In this document: piece by piece, positions 21,565-33,189 of the stretch | Layout: each line of letters opens with the position of its first letter | Numbering within the stretch: the first letter of the stretch is position 1 | Source of the DNA: Candidatus Marinacidobacterales bacterium | GTDB lineage: Bacteria > Acidobacteriota > Vicinamibacteria > Marinacidobacterales > SMYC01 | Direction of reading: 5' to 3' | Assembly (NCBI GenBank): GCA_965237955.1 | Contig: OZ250169.1 | Coordinates: 1,088,001 to 1,152,000, forward strand | Length of the DNA: 64,000 bases | Program-made: the position numbers and the translations under genes | The notes under the pieces: generated by a model | Seen by the model: the letters and a program-made list of their open reading frames with translations, nothing else | What the model was told of the DNA's origin: nothing | Database searches by the model: none

Positions 21565-22990
21565 TAGGGCCGGCGACAAAATAAGTTCCCGTTTTCAAGA
21601 CGGTCGGATGGTGTAGTTCCATTTGGGTAGAGTCTGGTCCTTTGTAACGGAAAGCGCCTGCATCCGCTCGTCAGTGATTTTGACGCCCTTCGGATAACGA
21701 CGCCGGATAAGGTGTGCGCGTACTCGCAAACCGGAAGAGGTGGTGGTCGTGCGGATGTATTTGAGGATGGTTTCGTAGCTGTCGAGAGGCCTGCCCGCCC
21801 AGTTCTTGCTGATCTCGCTGAACAGACGGTGCTCCACTGGATTCCACTTGGATGTACCGGACGGATAGTGGGCTATGGTGATAGCGATGTCGTGGCGATT
21901 GCAAATCCGCGTTTGAAGCCCGTGCTTCCAACCCCGACACCGATAGCCATTGCTGCCCCCGGCGTCTGCCAATATCGCGAGGTCACGGGCTGCAGGATAG
22001 CGTCGCCGTCCTTCCGTTCGCCACCACTTCTCGATGGCATTCACGGCGAAGTCCGGGGTGTTGTACGAGGTACCAATGAACACTGTCCCGCGGTTCGCGA
22101 GCAGATCGTAGACGCCGTAGGGGATTGCGATGCCGTTCGATTCGGAACGGAAGTCATGGTCTTTGACGAGAGTCGGCTCGCGGTTCCAGGCCTGCCCGCC
22201 GTTTTTGAATAATCCCACCAGCTCCCGTTTCTTCGTGTCTACGCTGATGATGGGATGACCAGCTGCGGCAAAACGCTCGCGCAGTTCGGCGATACACGCG
22301 AATTGGGTATCGCGATCTTCGGACGTGGCACCGCACAGCTTCTTGTGGTTCACCCGCAACGAGAAGCCGAGCTGTTTGAGCAGTCGACCGACGGTTTTGC
22401 TGCTGACGTTCACACCAAGGCTTCTTAGCTCGCAAGCAATCTTGTCGGTGGTCCGCCGCGTCCATTTCACTCCCGTCATCGGATCGCCCGCGGTGTCGTG
22501 CTTCATGAGTTCTTCGATCTTGGCGATGACTTCTGGCGTTTTTTTTGCACGGCGCGCCGTCCGCCACCCTTTCGCCGAACTCCGTCGAGCTCAACATCTC
22601 TCATTAGCAATTCCCTACGACCTCTGGCTACCGTGCTCGGATCCATCCCGAGCAGTTCGGCAATCTGTTGGTCGCCACCGTGACCGAGCTTCATGGCCTC
22701 GACTCCCGCGTAGAGACGGCGCTGCTTTTCATCGAGCAGGCTGTAGAAAAGAACGATCGCAGCCTTCAACTCCACGGGGAGCACGCGGACTCCCCCGACC
22801 CAGCCCAACGTGGAAGGTGACGCCTCATGTACCTGGCGGGCCGAGAGCTGTTGCTTGCGCGTGCTCACATCGGTGGCCAGATACAGATATCGGCCGAACA
22901 CCTGCTCGCGCGCCAATCTTTTCTCTCGGACCAGTTTCAACAGAGGAGCCTTGACGTCAACCTGCACCACGTCCTCGAGCTCGTCGACGT
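21565..22990 (-). mobile_element. ISAzo13-family element, copy 1 (right end intact, 5' part lost)
   Basis: End TAGGGCCGGCGACAAAATAA; cut at 22990 by family A. Confidence 0.85.
21595..22506 (-). CDS. ISAzo13-family transposase, catalytic part
   Basis: TAGDPM, ISVDTKKRELVG, DHDF, ADAGGSN, HYPSGTSKWNPVEHRLFS, WNYTI. Confidence 0.9.
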   Translation of the reverse strand: MKHDTAGDPMTGVKWTRRTTDKIACELRSLGVNVSSKTVGRLLKQLGFSLRVNHKKLCGATSEDRDTQFACIAELRERFAAAGHPIISVDTKKRELVGLFKNGGQAWNREPTLVKDHDFRSESNGIAIPYGVYDLLANRGTVFIGTSYNTPDFAVNAIEKWWRTEGRRRYPAARDLAILADAGGSNGYRCRGWKHGLQTRICNRHDIAITIAHYPSGTSKWNPVEHRLFSEISKNWAGRPLDSYETILKYIRTTTTSSGLRVRAHLIRRRYPKGVKITDERMQALSVTKDQTLPKWNYTIRPS

Positions 22991-24420
22991 CGTCCTGTGC
23001 CAAAACTCAGCCCTTTTGAAATAGCCGATAAATCAACAGCTTAGCGTCTGTGTTTGCGACCGTGCCAAGGGCTGTAGGCTCTACAATCGTCTTGGGTGGA
23101 CGGGTCGTCACCATGCAGACGACCACCTGGTCGAGAGCGAATATCCAAGCGTGTTCCTGAAGCTGTGTTTCCACGCTACGCCGGTCGAGTCCATCGAGGG
23201 GCTACCGTCCCGACCACAATCTAGGCGGCACGGCAGTAGTAGTTGAGAATGCCTCCAAGTCGCTCTCGCGACACGATGGGGCCAACGTCCTTCGCGCTTG
23301 CCGGCAGAGGTATGATGAGCTCGTTGTCGATGCCTTGGTGGTTCCGTTCGGTGTGATAGTGCACGACGTATTCGGTTACCGCTGTCCGCAGGTGTCCCTC
23401 ACTGAGAGGTACGAAGCGGTCGAGACATTCTCGACGTATGGAGAGAACGAATCTTTCCGCGTAGGCGTTCAGATTCGGACTATTAGCGGGAAGTCGGAGG
23501 GGCTTCACGCCTGAACCTCTCAACAGCCCACGTGCCTCTTCGGTGAATAGCGGGTCCCGGTCGTGGATGAGGTACCGCTTGCCAAGGAGGAAACCATCCC
23601 ACATGTCAGTGAGGTTTCTTGCTACCTGCTTCATCCACTCTCCGTTGGGGTCCGAAGTTATCCCACCGATGCACACGCAGCGAGTGACGATATCGATGAC
23701 AAACAGGACATGGTAGCGGACGAGCCCGAACGGGTTCACCACTTCGACGGTGAACAGGTCTGTCGCGGCGATAGCGCCCCCATGAACCTTGATGAAGGTG
23801 CTCCACGACATGCTCTTGCCCCTCTCCGGGGCAGGCGCGATATCGTGCTCGGCGAGGACCCTCTTGATGGTGTTGCGTCCGAGTTCATATCCGAGGTTCT
23901 TAAGTGCGCCCTGCAGGCGCGTATATCCCCACGTCGGGTTCTCCCGCGCCATGCGTACCATGAGCTCACGGATGTCCTTCGCCGTGGGAGGTCGGCCTGG
24001 GCTCCGGTTCTTACTGCCATCGTACTTGGCTGCGATGAGGCAGCGATACCAGCGCAGCAGCGTAGAGGGTGTGGCAACGGAGGCAATCTGGGCTAGCACA
24101 TCACGGCCCAAGGCCTGGGCCTTGACGGCGAGCCTACGCCGGTCTTCGTCAGAGAGCCTGAGACGCTTGCCCCGAAGCCCGGCTCGGAGCACACGGTTCT
24201 CCTCTCGCAGGTAATCAATCACATCCTGCTGCTGGCGGTTGACCCAGCCAGCCACAACGAGCAGTAAGAACCGCACGTGGTACGTCATCATGGAGCTGAA
24301 GATAACACCCTCGGTCCAGACGATTGTAGAGCCTACAGCCCTTGGCCCGGTCGCAAAACACAGACGCTAAGCTGTTGATTTATCGGCTATTTCAAAAGGG
24401 CCGAGTTTTGGCACAGGACG
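22991..24420 (-). mobile_element. Family-A integrase-core element, copy 1 (1430 bp, ~102-bp TIRs)
   Basis: CGTCCTGTGCCAAAACTC.. inverted at 22991-23092 and 24318-24420. Confidence 0.9.
23221..24291 (-). CDS. Integrase-core (rve) DDE transposase, 356 aa
   Basis: [54 protein letters not shown]. Confidence 0.9.
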   Translation of the reverse strand: MMTYHVRFLLLVVAGWVNRQQQDVIDYLREENRVLRAGLRGKRLRLSDEDRRRLAVKAQALGRDVLAQIASVATPSTLLRWYRCLIAAKYDGSKNRSPGRPPTAKDIRELMVRMARENPTWGYTRLQGALKNLGYELGRNTIKRVLAEHDIAPAPERGKSMSWSTFIKVHGGAIAATDLFTVEVVNPFGLVRYHVLFVIDIVTRCVCIGGITSDPNGEWMKQVARNLTDMWDGFLLGKRYLIHDRDPLFTEEARGLLRGSGVKPLRLPANSPNLNAYAERFVLSIRRECLDRFVPLSEGHLRTAVTEYVVHYHTERNHQGIDNELIIPLPASAKDVGPIVSRERLGGILNYYCRAA

Positions 24421-26569
24421 GGGGCTTCGAGCGTGGCTTCGATGTTTACCGCATGCTCATCAGGCGTCGCGCCAGCGAGATCGTCGATGAGGCACTTGAG
24501 CTAGTCCCATGGAACAGAAAAAGCTAGACAACACTGGCACTTCTGTGATCTGCTAAATGCATGAAACACAAGGGCCGGCGAAAAGCCGAATTGAAGCTGT
24601 CGTCTCAAGAAAGCGAAGCGCTGACGCGACTGGCGCGACGCAGCCGTAGTTCGCCGCACCAAGCCTTCCGAGCGAAGATCGTGCTGGATTGCGCGGCGGG
24701 TCTGACGAATATGGAAGTTGCTAGGAAGATGCACACCATGAGGAGCACGGTGGGCAAGTGGCGAAGACGCTTTGTAGAACAACGAATGGAAGGGTTGTAC
24801 GGCGAACCTCGGCCGGGAGCGGCTCGCAAAATCGGCGATGACCAGATCGAGGAAGTCCTGACCAAGACGCTGGAGACGACTCCAAAGGGGAGAACCCATT
24901 GGAGTACGCGCTCGATGGCCAAGCATCTTGGGCTGAGTCATTCGACGATTGGACGTATTTGGCGAACGTTCGGGCTTCAACCGCACCGCTCGGAATCGTT
25001 TCGTCTCTCGCAAGACCCACAACTGGTCGAAAAAGTACGCGACGTTGTTGGCCTGTATATGAACCCACCGGATAACGCGGTCGTCCTGTGCGTCGACGAG
25101 AAATCGCAGATTCAAGCGCTCGAGCGTGCTCAACCTGTCCTGCCCATGAGCTTGGGCCAGCCCGAGCGACAAACCCACGACTACATTCGGCATGGAACGA
25201 CTGACCTGTTTGCCGCACTCGACGCCGCAACAGGTGAAGTCTTCGGAAAGTGCTACGCGCGACATCGAGCGCTAGAGTTCAAGAAGTTCCTCGCTGAGAT
25301 CGAAGCAGCCGTTCCCAGCGAGTTGGACATCCACGTCGTGCTCGACAATCTCGCCACGCACAAGACACCGGCGATCAAACGCTGGCTTTCCAAGCGACCT
25401 CGCTTCCACTTTCACTTCACACCGACACACGCCTCTTGGCTCAACTTCGCTGAGCGCTTCTTTGGCTTGCTCACCGAACACGCCTTGCGACGAGGCTCGC
25501 ACACGAGCGTGCCTCAGCTCCGCGTTGCGATACAAGACTATCTCGATGCTCACAACGAGAACCCAAAGCCGTTCAAGTGGACGAAATCCGCCGACCAAAT
25601 CCTCGAAACCATCGCTCGGTTCGCCCAGCGAACGCTCGATACACATGGCAAATCGAATTTGGACAGTAATTAAAGATCCAGGGGACTAGTACGAGGGACT
25701 CGAAGCGCAAAGAAATTCTTGTTCGTGCACCTGTTCGATGCTCACTGGCCTTATGTTCCGCCGCGAGGCTTCCTCGATCGGTTCGACGAGCGCCCACCGG
25801 ATATCTCCGATATCCTGACCAAGGTGCGTGATGGCGTGCCGCCCTCCGGGCCAGAGGAAATCCATCAGCTTGTAAATCTATACGATGGGGAGATCGCGTA
25901 CCTCGATCAAGAGCTGGGAAGATTCTTTGCCGGACTCAAGGAAGCAGGCATTTACCGCCGATCCTTGATCATTCTCACCGCCGACCACGGCGAATCTTTT
26001 TACGAACACAATGCATGGGACACATGAGTTCACTTTTCGAGGAGGTTACACACATTCCGCTGATCGTGAAATGGCCTGGAGAGTCTCCCACCGGGACCGC
26101 CGAGTCCCTGGTAAGTCAGCTCAACATCTTCCCCACCCTGCTCGAGGAATCAGGACTCGTTCCCCCATACGACCACGTCTCGCTCGCCCGATTCCTTGGA
26201 GAAAGCCCGGCTCCTTCGAAGAACGCCCTGAGCGAGTTTACCTGGGATGCCAAAGAAGGCCAGGGAGCGATGATGAAGATTGCCGTCAAGGATAACCGGC
26301 TCAAGTATATTTTGATGCTTGCCGGAGAGGTCGAAGACGAGCTTTTTGTCTCGGACGTGGTGAACGAGGAGCTCTACGATCTCATCGAGGACCCCGGCGA
26401 GCAAAAGAACTTGCTTCCCGAGACGACGGCCGATATCGGCCCGTTGCGGAGCGATGCCCGCTTGCTGCTGGAAAAGGCCCGGGCCCTACAGGCCAAGCGA
26501 CGGGGCCAGGAAGTCGTTCTGGATAAAGAGCTCTCGGAGCGTCTCAAGGCCCTGGGCTACATCAATTAG
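24421..26569 (+). pseudogene. Sulfatase-like gene: 5'-truncated, IS630-interrupted, frameshifted
   Basis: GFERGFDVY..EALE-L-VRGTRSAKKFLFVHLFDAHWPY after removing IS630; TADHGESF; shift near 26020; LKALGYIN*. Confidence 0.85.
24501..25689 (+). mobile_element. IS630-family element, copy 2 (transposase 24561-25673)
   Basis: Near-identical to 8193-9381; clean insertion at CTAG. Confidence 0.95.
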
Positions 26570-26629
26570 TCATGCGCGGTCTGCCGTGACCGACCGCTTT
26601 CGGGATCTCATCAGAAACCGCGGATTTTC

Positions 26630-27224
26630 CTTCGCTAGACGTAGGACGAGCTCCGTAATCTCGACCATCACTCTAGGCGCGTATGGTGCAAATAGTACGT
26701 CGAGCTCGACGTCGGCCTGTGGAGGGTCGATGATCGGATCTGCGCGAACGCGAGGATTCGATGGGCCGCCAGCCGAGGTCAATGCCACGACGATACGAAA
26801 CCCACGGGGCGGCTCGGACGGCACTCGAACGCTCGCTGTAGTCCCACTTCCGCGCAATCAGCCTTCGGTGCCAAGTCCAGCAGGGTTTCCGGTGTGACGA
26901 TACCGGCGACTTCTGCCAAGAGTTTCCGACCAAGCGCCTTACCCTTTACCGCGAGCCGACGTCGCTCGTCGTCTGTGAGACGAAGCTTCCTCCCGCAAAG
27001 CCGAGCTTTGAGGACTTTGTTCTCCTCGAGCAAGTAGACCATAGCGGCCTGTTGGTCACGCTGGAGCCAACCAGCGATGGCGACGACCAACAAGGTCAAG
27101 GGCTGGACCGGCGTGCTCATGAGCGAGGATTCTAGCTCCCTTTGGCCAATCAAGCGTAGATACGTCTATTCCGAAACGTCCGGGCGAGCTGGTCTTGAGT
27201 TCGTTTGTATTTTTGGACACGACG
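26630..27224 (-). mobile_element. Family-B integrase-core element, degenerate 5' half
   Basis: End CGTCGTGTCCAAAAATAC; MSTPVQPLTLLVVAIAGWL..YLLEENKVLK..RRRLAVKGKALGR, homologous to family A. Confidence 0.8.
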
Positions 27225-27452
27225 GGGAAGCCAAAGCCAAAGCAGCGGAGAAGGCGAAGAAGACAGCGAAGGATACTTTCGAGTGAACGAACGATTTCGG
27301 TCACTCCCCGATGACCTCCGCCCACGCGGGCGGTGCCATTGCTGTCAAATTGACGAAAAGCTAGCGTCTCCTGCAGATGGTAGCCAGGATTACCGGGCTG
27401 CACCATCGCGAGAATTCCCGTACCGGAAGCGATTTCTTTGACCAGGCAGCTC

Positions 27453-27806
27453 TTACTTGGACTCGTCCTCGGGCGCGGTGACTGCCGTTACTTTTATCGT
27501 GTTGGTCTCTTCGTCGAGTTCCCCAGCGATAACAACTTCGTGACCAAGGTTCTTCTTGGCGTCGTCCTCGCCGACGTCCAGAATGAAGTAGGCGCTGTTG
27601 GTTGCCAGTGCCCACTTGGCACCACCCTTCACGCAACTCTCCGCGCATCCTTGGTGCCCAGCCTTCGAAACCTTCGCGTAGTCTTTGCTGCAATGCTCGT
27701 CTGCAATCCAGCCGCTCCAGGTGCCATTCTCCTCGGATGCGTTACCAAAGGCCACGAAACCGGAAAGTAATAAAATAGCTACCGCCACGCTTGTCCACTT
27801 CATCAA
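27453..27806 (-). CDS. Small secreted Cys/His-containing protein
   Basis: RBS GGAGG, signal peptide, DEHC..HQGCAESCVKGG. Confidence 0.75.
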   Translation of the reverse strand: MMKWTSVAVAILLLSGFVAFGNASEENGTWSGWIADEHCSKDYAKVSKAGHQGCAESCVKGGAKWALATNSAYFILDVGEDDAKKNLGHEVVIAGELDEETNTIKVTAVTAPEDESK

Positions 27807-27876
27807 TTGTTACCTCCAGGAACCAAACTCCAGCATACTCACACCCGATCACCCTGTCAATAGAGCCAAACCTTAG

Positions 27877-28038
27877 ATGCGAAAGTTTAAATCTCCGGGA
27901 CAGGCGCAACGATTCTTGACCGTGCATGGACTCGTGCGAAACTTCTTTCGGGTCGGACGGCATTTGTTGCAAGCTCGTCATCATCGGGAGCTAAGAGGCC
28001 GCGCTTTCTTCGCCTGGCACGAGGTAACGTGTGCCTGA
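27877..28038 (+). pseudogene. IS6 transposase C-terminal fragment
   Basis: MRKFKSPGQAQRFLTVHGLV..WHEVTCA*, similar to 3669-3833. Confidence 0.85.
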
Positions 28039-28314
28039 CGAAATCACGAAGCGCAACAGTCAACCTGGACCTGTGATCCGCAAAAAAGGAGGTCGCGTAT
28101 CGACGGGCAGACAGCCATGAGAGGGAGGTCCTGCGAACTCGTCTTCGCCACCGGGCACCAAGGACGTGGACGTGCGAGTAAGGCCTGTTCGCACGGAGAT
28201 TCCCCGAGTAAGGATACGGGCCGTCGTCTCGTCGCCTACTTATCCGAAGCCGCCGACTGTTTTGGCCGGCTCAGAGGATTAGGTAGATCTCCTGCAGGGA
28301 CATATCATGTCTCC

Positions 28315-28677
28315 ATGACCAGCTTCCGGATTTCGGTGACGGTTCTCGCTGTGATTCACGCGGTCTTCGCAGGATTCACCGCCTTAGTTGGAGCATTCGC
28401 TAACGGTGGGAACGTCTGGCAACGGCTACTGGTGATCCTCCTTCACCCTCTTGGCGCCGCGGGATTGCTTCTGCTCGTGCTGCGGCCCCGCCTCGCCACG
28501 ACGACGATCCTCACCATGATGGCGCTCCTGACGGCGAACGTGATTGCCGACCTGTGCATTGCGCAGATGATTGCCGCGGGAAGAGTGCGGGGAGATTGGG
28601 AGCTTGCGCTGGCATTTTCGGTGGTTCCGGCCATCGGGATTGTCTACGCGCTGGCGCTGCTGCGAACTGCCCGCTAA
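28315..28677 (+). CDS. Four-TM hypothetical membrane protein
   Basis: Four hydrophobic stretches from MTSFRISV. Confidence 0.65.
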   Translation: MTSFRISVTVLAVIHAVFAGFTALVGAFANGGNVWQRLLVILLHPLGAAGLLLLVLRPRLATTTILTMMALLTANVIADLCIAQMIAAGRVRGDWELALAFSVVPAIGIVYALALLRTAR

Positions 28678-29058
28678 CGGCCGGGTAAGGCTCCGTCCGG
28701 AAGAGGAGGTATGAGAGTGAGTGTTCCCCGGTCGTGCGTCTGGGCATATCGGGATACTCCCTCGCATCATTGCAAAGGGCCCCGAATAAATTGTGGACGA
28801 AGATCGGTTATATCCGATAAAACGGATCGGTTATAAAATTGCAGCCAATTCGGTGGGCACCTGAGCGAAAAGTGCCTGGATTTCGCGGTGATTTCGCAGA
28901 TTATAACTAAAACCAGGCGTCAAAAATATAACCGCTTGGTATAACCGATATAACTTGGCGGCCTGAGGCCACTTTTTCGGATTTCTGGCCTCTAAATGCC
29001 ATGTTTGTATGGAAGCCAGCGGAGACCGGATAGCTCCAAACTGCCCCATCCGCCACCC

Positions 29059-30485
29059 CGTCCTGTGCCAAAACTCGGCCCTTTTGAAATAGGCCATAAA
29101 TCAGCAGCTTAGTGTCTGTGTTTGCGCCGGGGCCAAGGGCCGTAGGCTTTACAATCGTCTGGCCCGAGGGTGTTATCTTCAGATCCATGATGACGTACCA
29201 CGTGCAATTCCTACTGCTCGTTCTAGCTGGCTGGGTCAACCGCCAGCAGCAGGATGTGATCGACTACCTGCAAGAGGAGAACCGTGTGCTCCGAGCCGGG
29301 CTTCGGGGCAAGCGTCTCAGTCTCTCGGACGACGACCGGCGCAGGCTCGCGGTCAAGGCCCAGGCTTTGGGCCGCGAGGCGCTGGCCCAGATTGCGTCCG
29401 TTGCCACACCCGCTACGCTTCTGCGCTGGTACCGCCACCTCATCGCAGCCAAGTACGATGGCAGCAAGAACCGGAGTCCAGGCCGACCTCCGACGGCGAA
29501 GGACATCCGTGAGCTCATTGTGCGCGTGGCGCGGGAGAACCCGACGTGGGGATATACGCGCCTGCGAGGCGCACTCAAGAACCTAGGACATGAACTCGGA
29601 CGCAACACTATCAAGAGGATCCTCGCCGAGCACGGTATCGCTCCTGCGCCGGAGCGGGGAGGAGCATGTCGTGGAGCACCTTCATCAAGGCTCATTGGGG
29701 CGCCATCGCTGCGACAGACCTGTTCACCGTCGAGGTTGTGAACCCGTTCGGGCTCGTCCGCTACCATGTCCTGTTTGTCATCGATATCGCCACTCGCTGC
29801 GTGTGCATCGGTGGGATAACGTCGGACCCCAACGGGGAGTGGATGAAGCAGGTGGCAAGAAACCTCACTGACATGTGGGATGGGTTCCTCCTTGGCAAGC
29901 GATACCTCATCCACGACCGGGACCCACTATTCACCGAGGCGGTACGTGGGCTCTTGAGAGATTCAGGCGTGAAGCCCCTTCGCCTTCCCGCGAATAGTCC
30001 GAATCTGAACGCATACGCGGAAAGATTCGTTCTCTCCATACGTCGAGAGTGTCTCGACCGCTTCGTACCGCTCAGTGAGCGACACCTGCGCACAGCGGTA
30101 ACCGAATACGTGGTGCACTATCACACAGAACGGAACCACCAAGGTCTCGGCAACGAGCTCATCACACCTCTGCCGACAAGCGCGAATGACGCTGGCCCCA
30201 TCGTGTCGCGAGAGCGACTTGGGGGCATTCTCAACTACTACTGCCGTGCCGCGTAGATGGTCGCCGGCGACGGTAGCCCCTCGGCGGGCTCGACCGGCGT
30301 AGCGTGGAAACAGCTTCAGGAACATGCTTCGATATTCGCTCTCGACTAGGTGGTCATCTGCATGGTGACGACCCGCCCGCCCAAGACGATTGTAAAGCCC
30401 ACGGCCCTTGGCCCGGTCGCAAACACAGACACTAAGTTGCTGATTTATGGCCTATTTCAAAAGGGCCGAGTTTTGGCACAGGACG
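29059..30485 (+). mobile_element. Family-A element, copy 2; transposase 29187-30256 frameshifted near 29660
   Basis: Both long TIRs present; 1-bp deletion relative to copy 4. Confidence 0.9.
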
Positions 30486-30756
30486 GGATACGATCCGCTC
30501 CAGCGGGTACGTCGTTCACACGCTCGAAGCCGCCATCTGGTCAGTCGCCCGCACCGGAGACTTCCGCAGCGCGGTGCTGCTCGCGGCCAACCTGGCCGAC
30601 GACGCCGATACGGTAGCAGCAGTGACGGGGCAGCTCGCCGGCGCCCTCTACGGCCTGAACGCCATCCCCGACCACTGGCGGGAACGCGTTGCCTGGAAGG
30701 ATCAACTCCTGGCAGCGGCGCGGCGGTTGCTGTCGGAACCCTTTGCCGACCGGTAG
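30486..30756 (+). pseudogene. ADP-ribosylglycohydrolase C-terminal fragment
   Basis: [45 protein letters not shown]. Confidence 0.85.
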
Positions 30757-30765
30757 AAATTGGGT

Positions 30766-30863
30766 GGGTAGCCGAAGCACGGCTCTTGACCCGGTCGCAA
30801 ACACAGACACTAAGCTGCTGATATTATGGTCTGTTTCAAAAGGCCGAGTTTTGGCACAGGACG
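30766..30863. mobile_element. Solo family-A end variant
   Basis: Exact reverse complement of 45345-45442. Confidence 0.85.
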
Positions 30864-30946
30864 GGATCGCGCCAGTGCGCCGCGGCCATCCTGCGTATCC
30901 CTACATGCGAGATGCCGACGGAGACGGAGTTGTCTGCGAGCGGTGA
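30864..30946 (+). pseudogene. Excalibur calcium-binding domain C-terminal fragment
   Basis: IAPVRRGHPAYPYMRDADGDGVVCER*. Confidence 0.75.
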
Positions 30947-30952
30947 ACGGCC

Positions 30953-31257
30953 TGTCCCTTCCATAAACTTGAGCTGCATGAGATTGGCAAACTGCCTGCA
31001 ACCAGGACGCTTTGGTCGTCTTCATGTAGGACGTTTTGAGAGCCGGCGTCGGCTCTACTCAGGGGTAGAGGTGTAAGCTGGTGCAAAGTCCAGCAGCCGT
31101 CCCGAGCAGATCGGACTCAAGCAGCGCGTCGAGTGTAATAATGATGGAGACCACCGACCTTTGAAATGGCACTCACTTTGCCCATTGCTGGCGACTCTAC
31201 GCGGCGGGGCTCGGGCGCGTCTTTCTCAAGCGACAAATGAGTCCGGCACGAATGATA
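30953..31257 (-). mobile_element. Family-E integrase-core element, right-end remnant 1
   Basis: End TGTCCCTTCCATAAACT; KVGGLHHYYTRRAA*; direct repeat of 33190-33494. Confidence 0.8.
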
Positions 31258-31425
31258 GGGTGCTTCCGCCATTAAGTGTTGGTGAGATGACGCTAAGACT
31301 TTACGGTGCATTGAATTACAGCCAAAATAGCGTTCGTGACCTTCGCTGCGCGCTAAATGGAGCGTAAGCGCCTTTTTTGCAAAGGGATGCGCACACATCA
31401 CCAACAGCAAACAGCGCAAGCACCC
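31258..31425. mobile_element. MITE with IS1-like TIRs (168 bp)
   Basis: GGGTGCTTCCGCCATTAAGTGTTGGTGA .. TCACCAACAGCAAACAGCGCAAGCACCC. Confidence 0.65.
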
Positions 31426-31519
31426 AACGGTGTCCCGAGGGTTCGTGCAAGCGAGCGCTGCGAAGCTGCGGGAGATGCAGGAACGGGATCTGACCGGCGA
31501 GGATGTGGTGGCGCTACAG

Positions 31520-31830
31520 GACGGGTAGCCGTCCGCGGCGGCGTCGATGAACATGGGTTCGCCCGGACCGACGTCGGCCGCGAAGAAGGGCACCCGGCCG
31601 TCGCGTTGCCGCGCGGAGTTGTAGGCCGCGATCCGGGGTTCGGGATCTGCGGAGGAGCTGAGAGCCAGGAAAAGGCGTCCGGTGAGCGGACCGTCGTGGA
31701 CGTCGGCGCCGAAGCTGACTTCGACGCCAAGCCGAACAGCCGCACCATCCTGGGCACCCGGCTCCCACGGTGCCCGTATGCAGGCGATCTGGGCTAGAAC
31801 CGCTGCCAGGATGACGCGAAAACAACTCAA
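31520..31830 (-). pseudogene. N-terminal fragment of an exported protein coupled to the Nramp gene
   Basis: TTG overlaps the upstream stop; signal-like region, GPLTGRLFLALS..EPRI..FFAADV..DGYP, then ends. Confidence 0.55.
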
Positions 31831-33053
31831 ACGACGCCGGACACGCGCAACAGCTGGAACGCTCCCAGCCCAATGACGACGAGCACCACCGCGCCCGCGA
31901 GCAGGTTGGCAAACCATCTGTTCCGATAGCGCCCGAGCAGTGACCGGTCGTTCACGACGACGAGCAGGAAGATGGCGATGAGCGGCAGCAGAAGCCCATT
32001 CGCAGCCTGCGCGAGGAGGATGGCTTCGGCGGGGCTGCCGCCCGAGAGCGACAAGGCGACACCGACGACGATGACCAGGATCCATACGCCGCGAAAGGCG
32101 GTGGACCTCATGTCGCGGTCCATGCCGAGCGCACCCGTCGTCGCATAGGCCGCTGCCAGAGGTGCTGTGATCGCACTGGTGAGGCCGGCGGCGAAGAGGC
32201 CGAGGCCAAAGAATGTTTTCGCGGCGGAGCCTAGGATGGGCTCGAGTACCCCCGTCACCATGAGTGCGTCGGCCTGTTCGATGCCTCGGCCAAGAAGTGG
32301 TGTGGCGGTCACTATGATCGCAAGCGTCACCGCACCTCCGAGGGTCACGGACAAATATGTATCGAGCCGAGCGGCCGGCAGGGCTTCGTCGGCCGGAACC
32401 TCCGAGGACCACTTCTCCTGAACGGCGCTCGCGTGCAGAAAGAGGTTGTACGGGACCACGGTGGTTCCGATGAGGGCGATGATGGTGACGAGCGAGCCGG
32501 CTGGGATCTGCGGGACCAGCATGCCCTTGAGGAGCTCTCCCGGAGCGGGCCCGACCATGACCGCAGTGAAGAGAAACACGGCACTCATGACCACGACCAG
32601 CGCCACCAAGACGCTCTGTATCACGCGATAGGTGCCCGAGCCGAGGAGGACGGTCGCAGCGACCGCGATCACGACCACCCAGGCTCTGGGTGTCCAGCCG
32701 AGCGTCAGCTCGAGCCCCAGCGAGGCGCCGAGCAGGTTTCCCGCCTCGTAGGCGGCGTTGCCAACCGTAATGGCGAGCGCCACCAGCCCGAGTGCCGCGT
32801 AGCGCAGGAGTGGTCGACGAAAGCTCTGACGGATTGCGTCGCTCAATCCCGAGCGGCGGACGATCCCCAGGCGAGCGGCCATTTCCTGCAGAACGGCAGT
32901 AGCGATGACCGAGAAGACGACGGCCCAGAGCAACGCGAAGCCGTAGCGTGCCCCGGCGCGTGAGGAAGTAACGATGGTTCCCGGACCGATGAAGGCTGCG
33001 GTCACGAGAAGGCCGGGACCTAGGCTTCGGAGTGTCCCCGCGAGCTTGCCCAC
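31827..33053 (-). CDS. Nramp-family divalent metal transporter (GPGT variant)
   Basis: LGPGLLVTAAFIGPGT, LQEMAARLG, GNAAYEAGN, IGTTVVPYNLFLH, AQAANGLLLP. Confidence 0.9.
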   Translation of the reverse strand: MGKLAGTLRSLGPGLLVTAAFIGPGTIVTSSRAGARYGFALLWAVVFSVIATAVLQEMAARLGIVRRSGLSDAIRQSFRRPLLRYAALGLVALAITVGNAAYEAGNLLGASLGLELTLGWTPRAWVVVIAVAATVLLGSGTYRVIQSVLVALVVVMSAVFLFTAVMVGPAPGELLKGMLVPQIPAGSLVTIIALIGTTVVPYNLFLHASAVQEKWSSEVPADEALPAARLDTYLSVTLGGAVTLAIIVTATPLLGRGIEQADALMVTGVLEPILGSAAKTFFGLGLFAAGLTSAITAPLAAAYATTGALGMDRDMRSTAFRGVWILVIVVGVALSLSGGSPAEAILLAQAANGLLLPLIAIFLLVVVNDRSLLGRYRNRWFANLLAGAVVLVVIGLGAFQLLRVSGVV

Positions 33054-33189
33054 CGGAGCGATATGCTATATCACATGGTTGTGCTCCGCAAAAACAGAAT
33101 TGGCCGTTTCGCGGCGAACGGATGAGGTGATCCGGCGTCATTGTAAACGCGGAAAGGTTCGCTCTTGCGTCTGCTCTCGAATATTGTGC

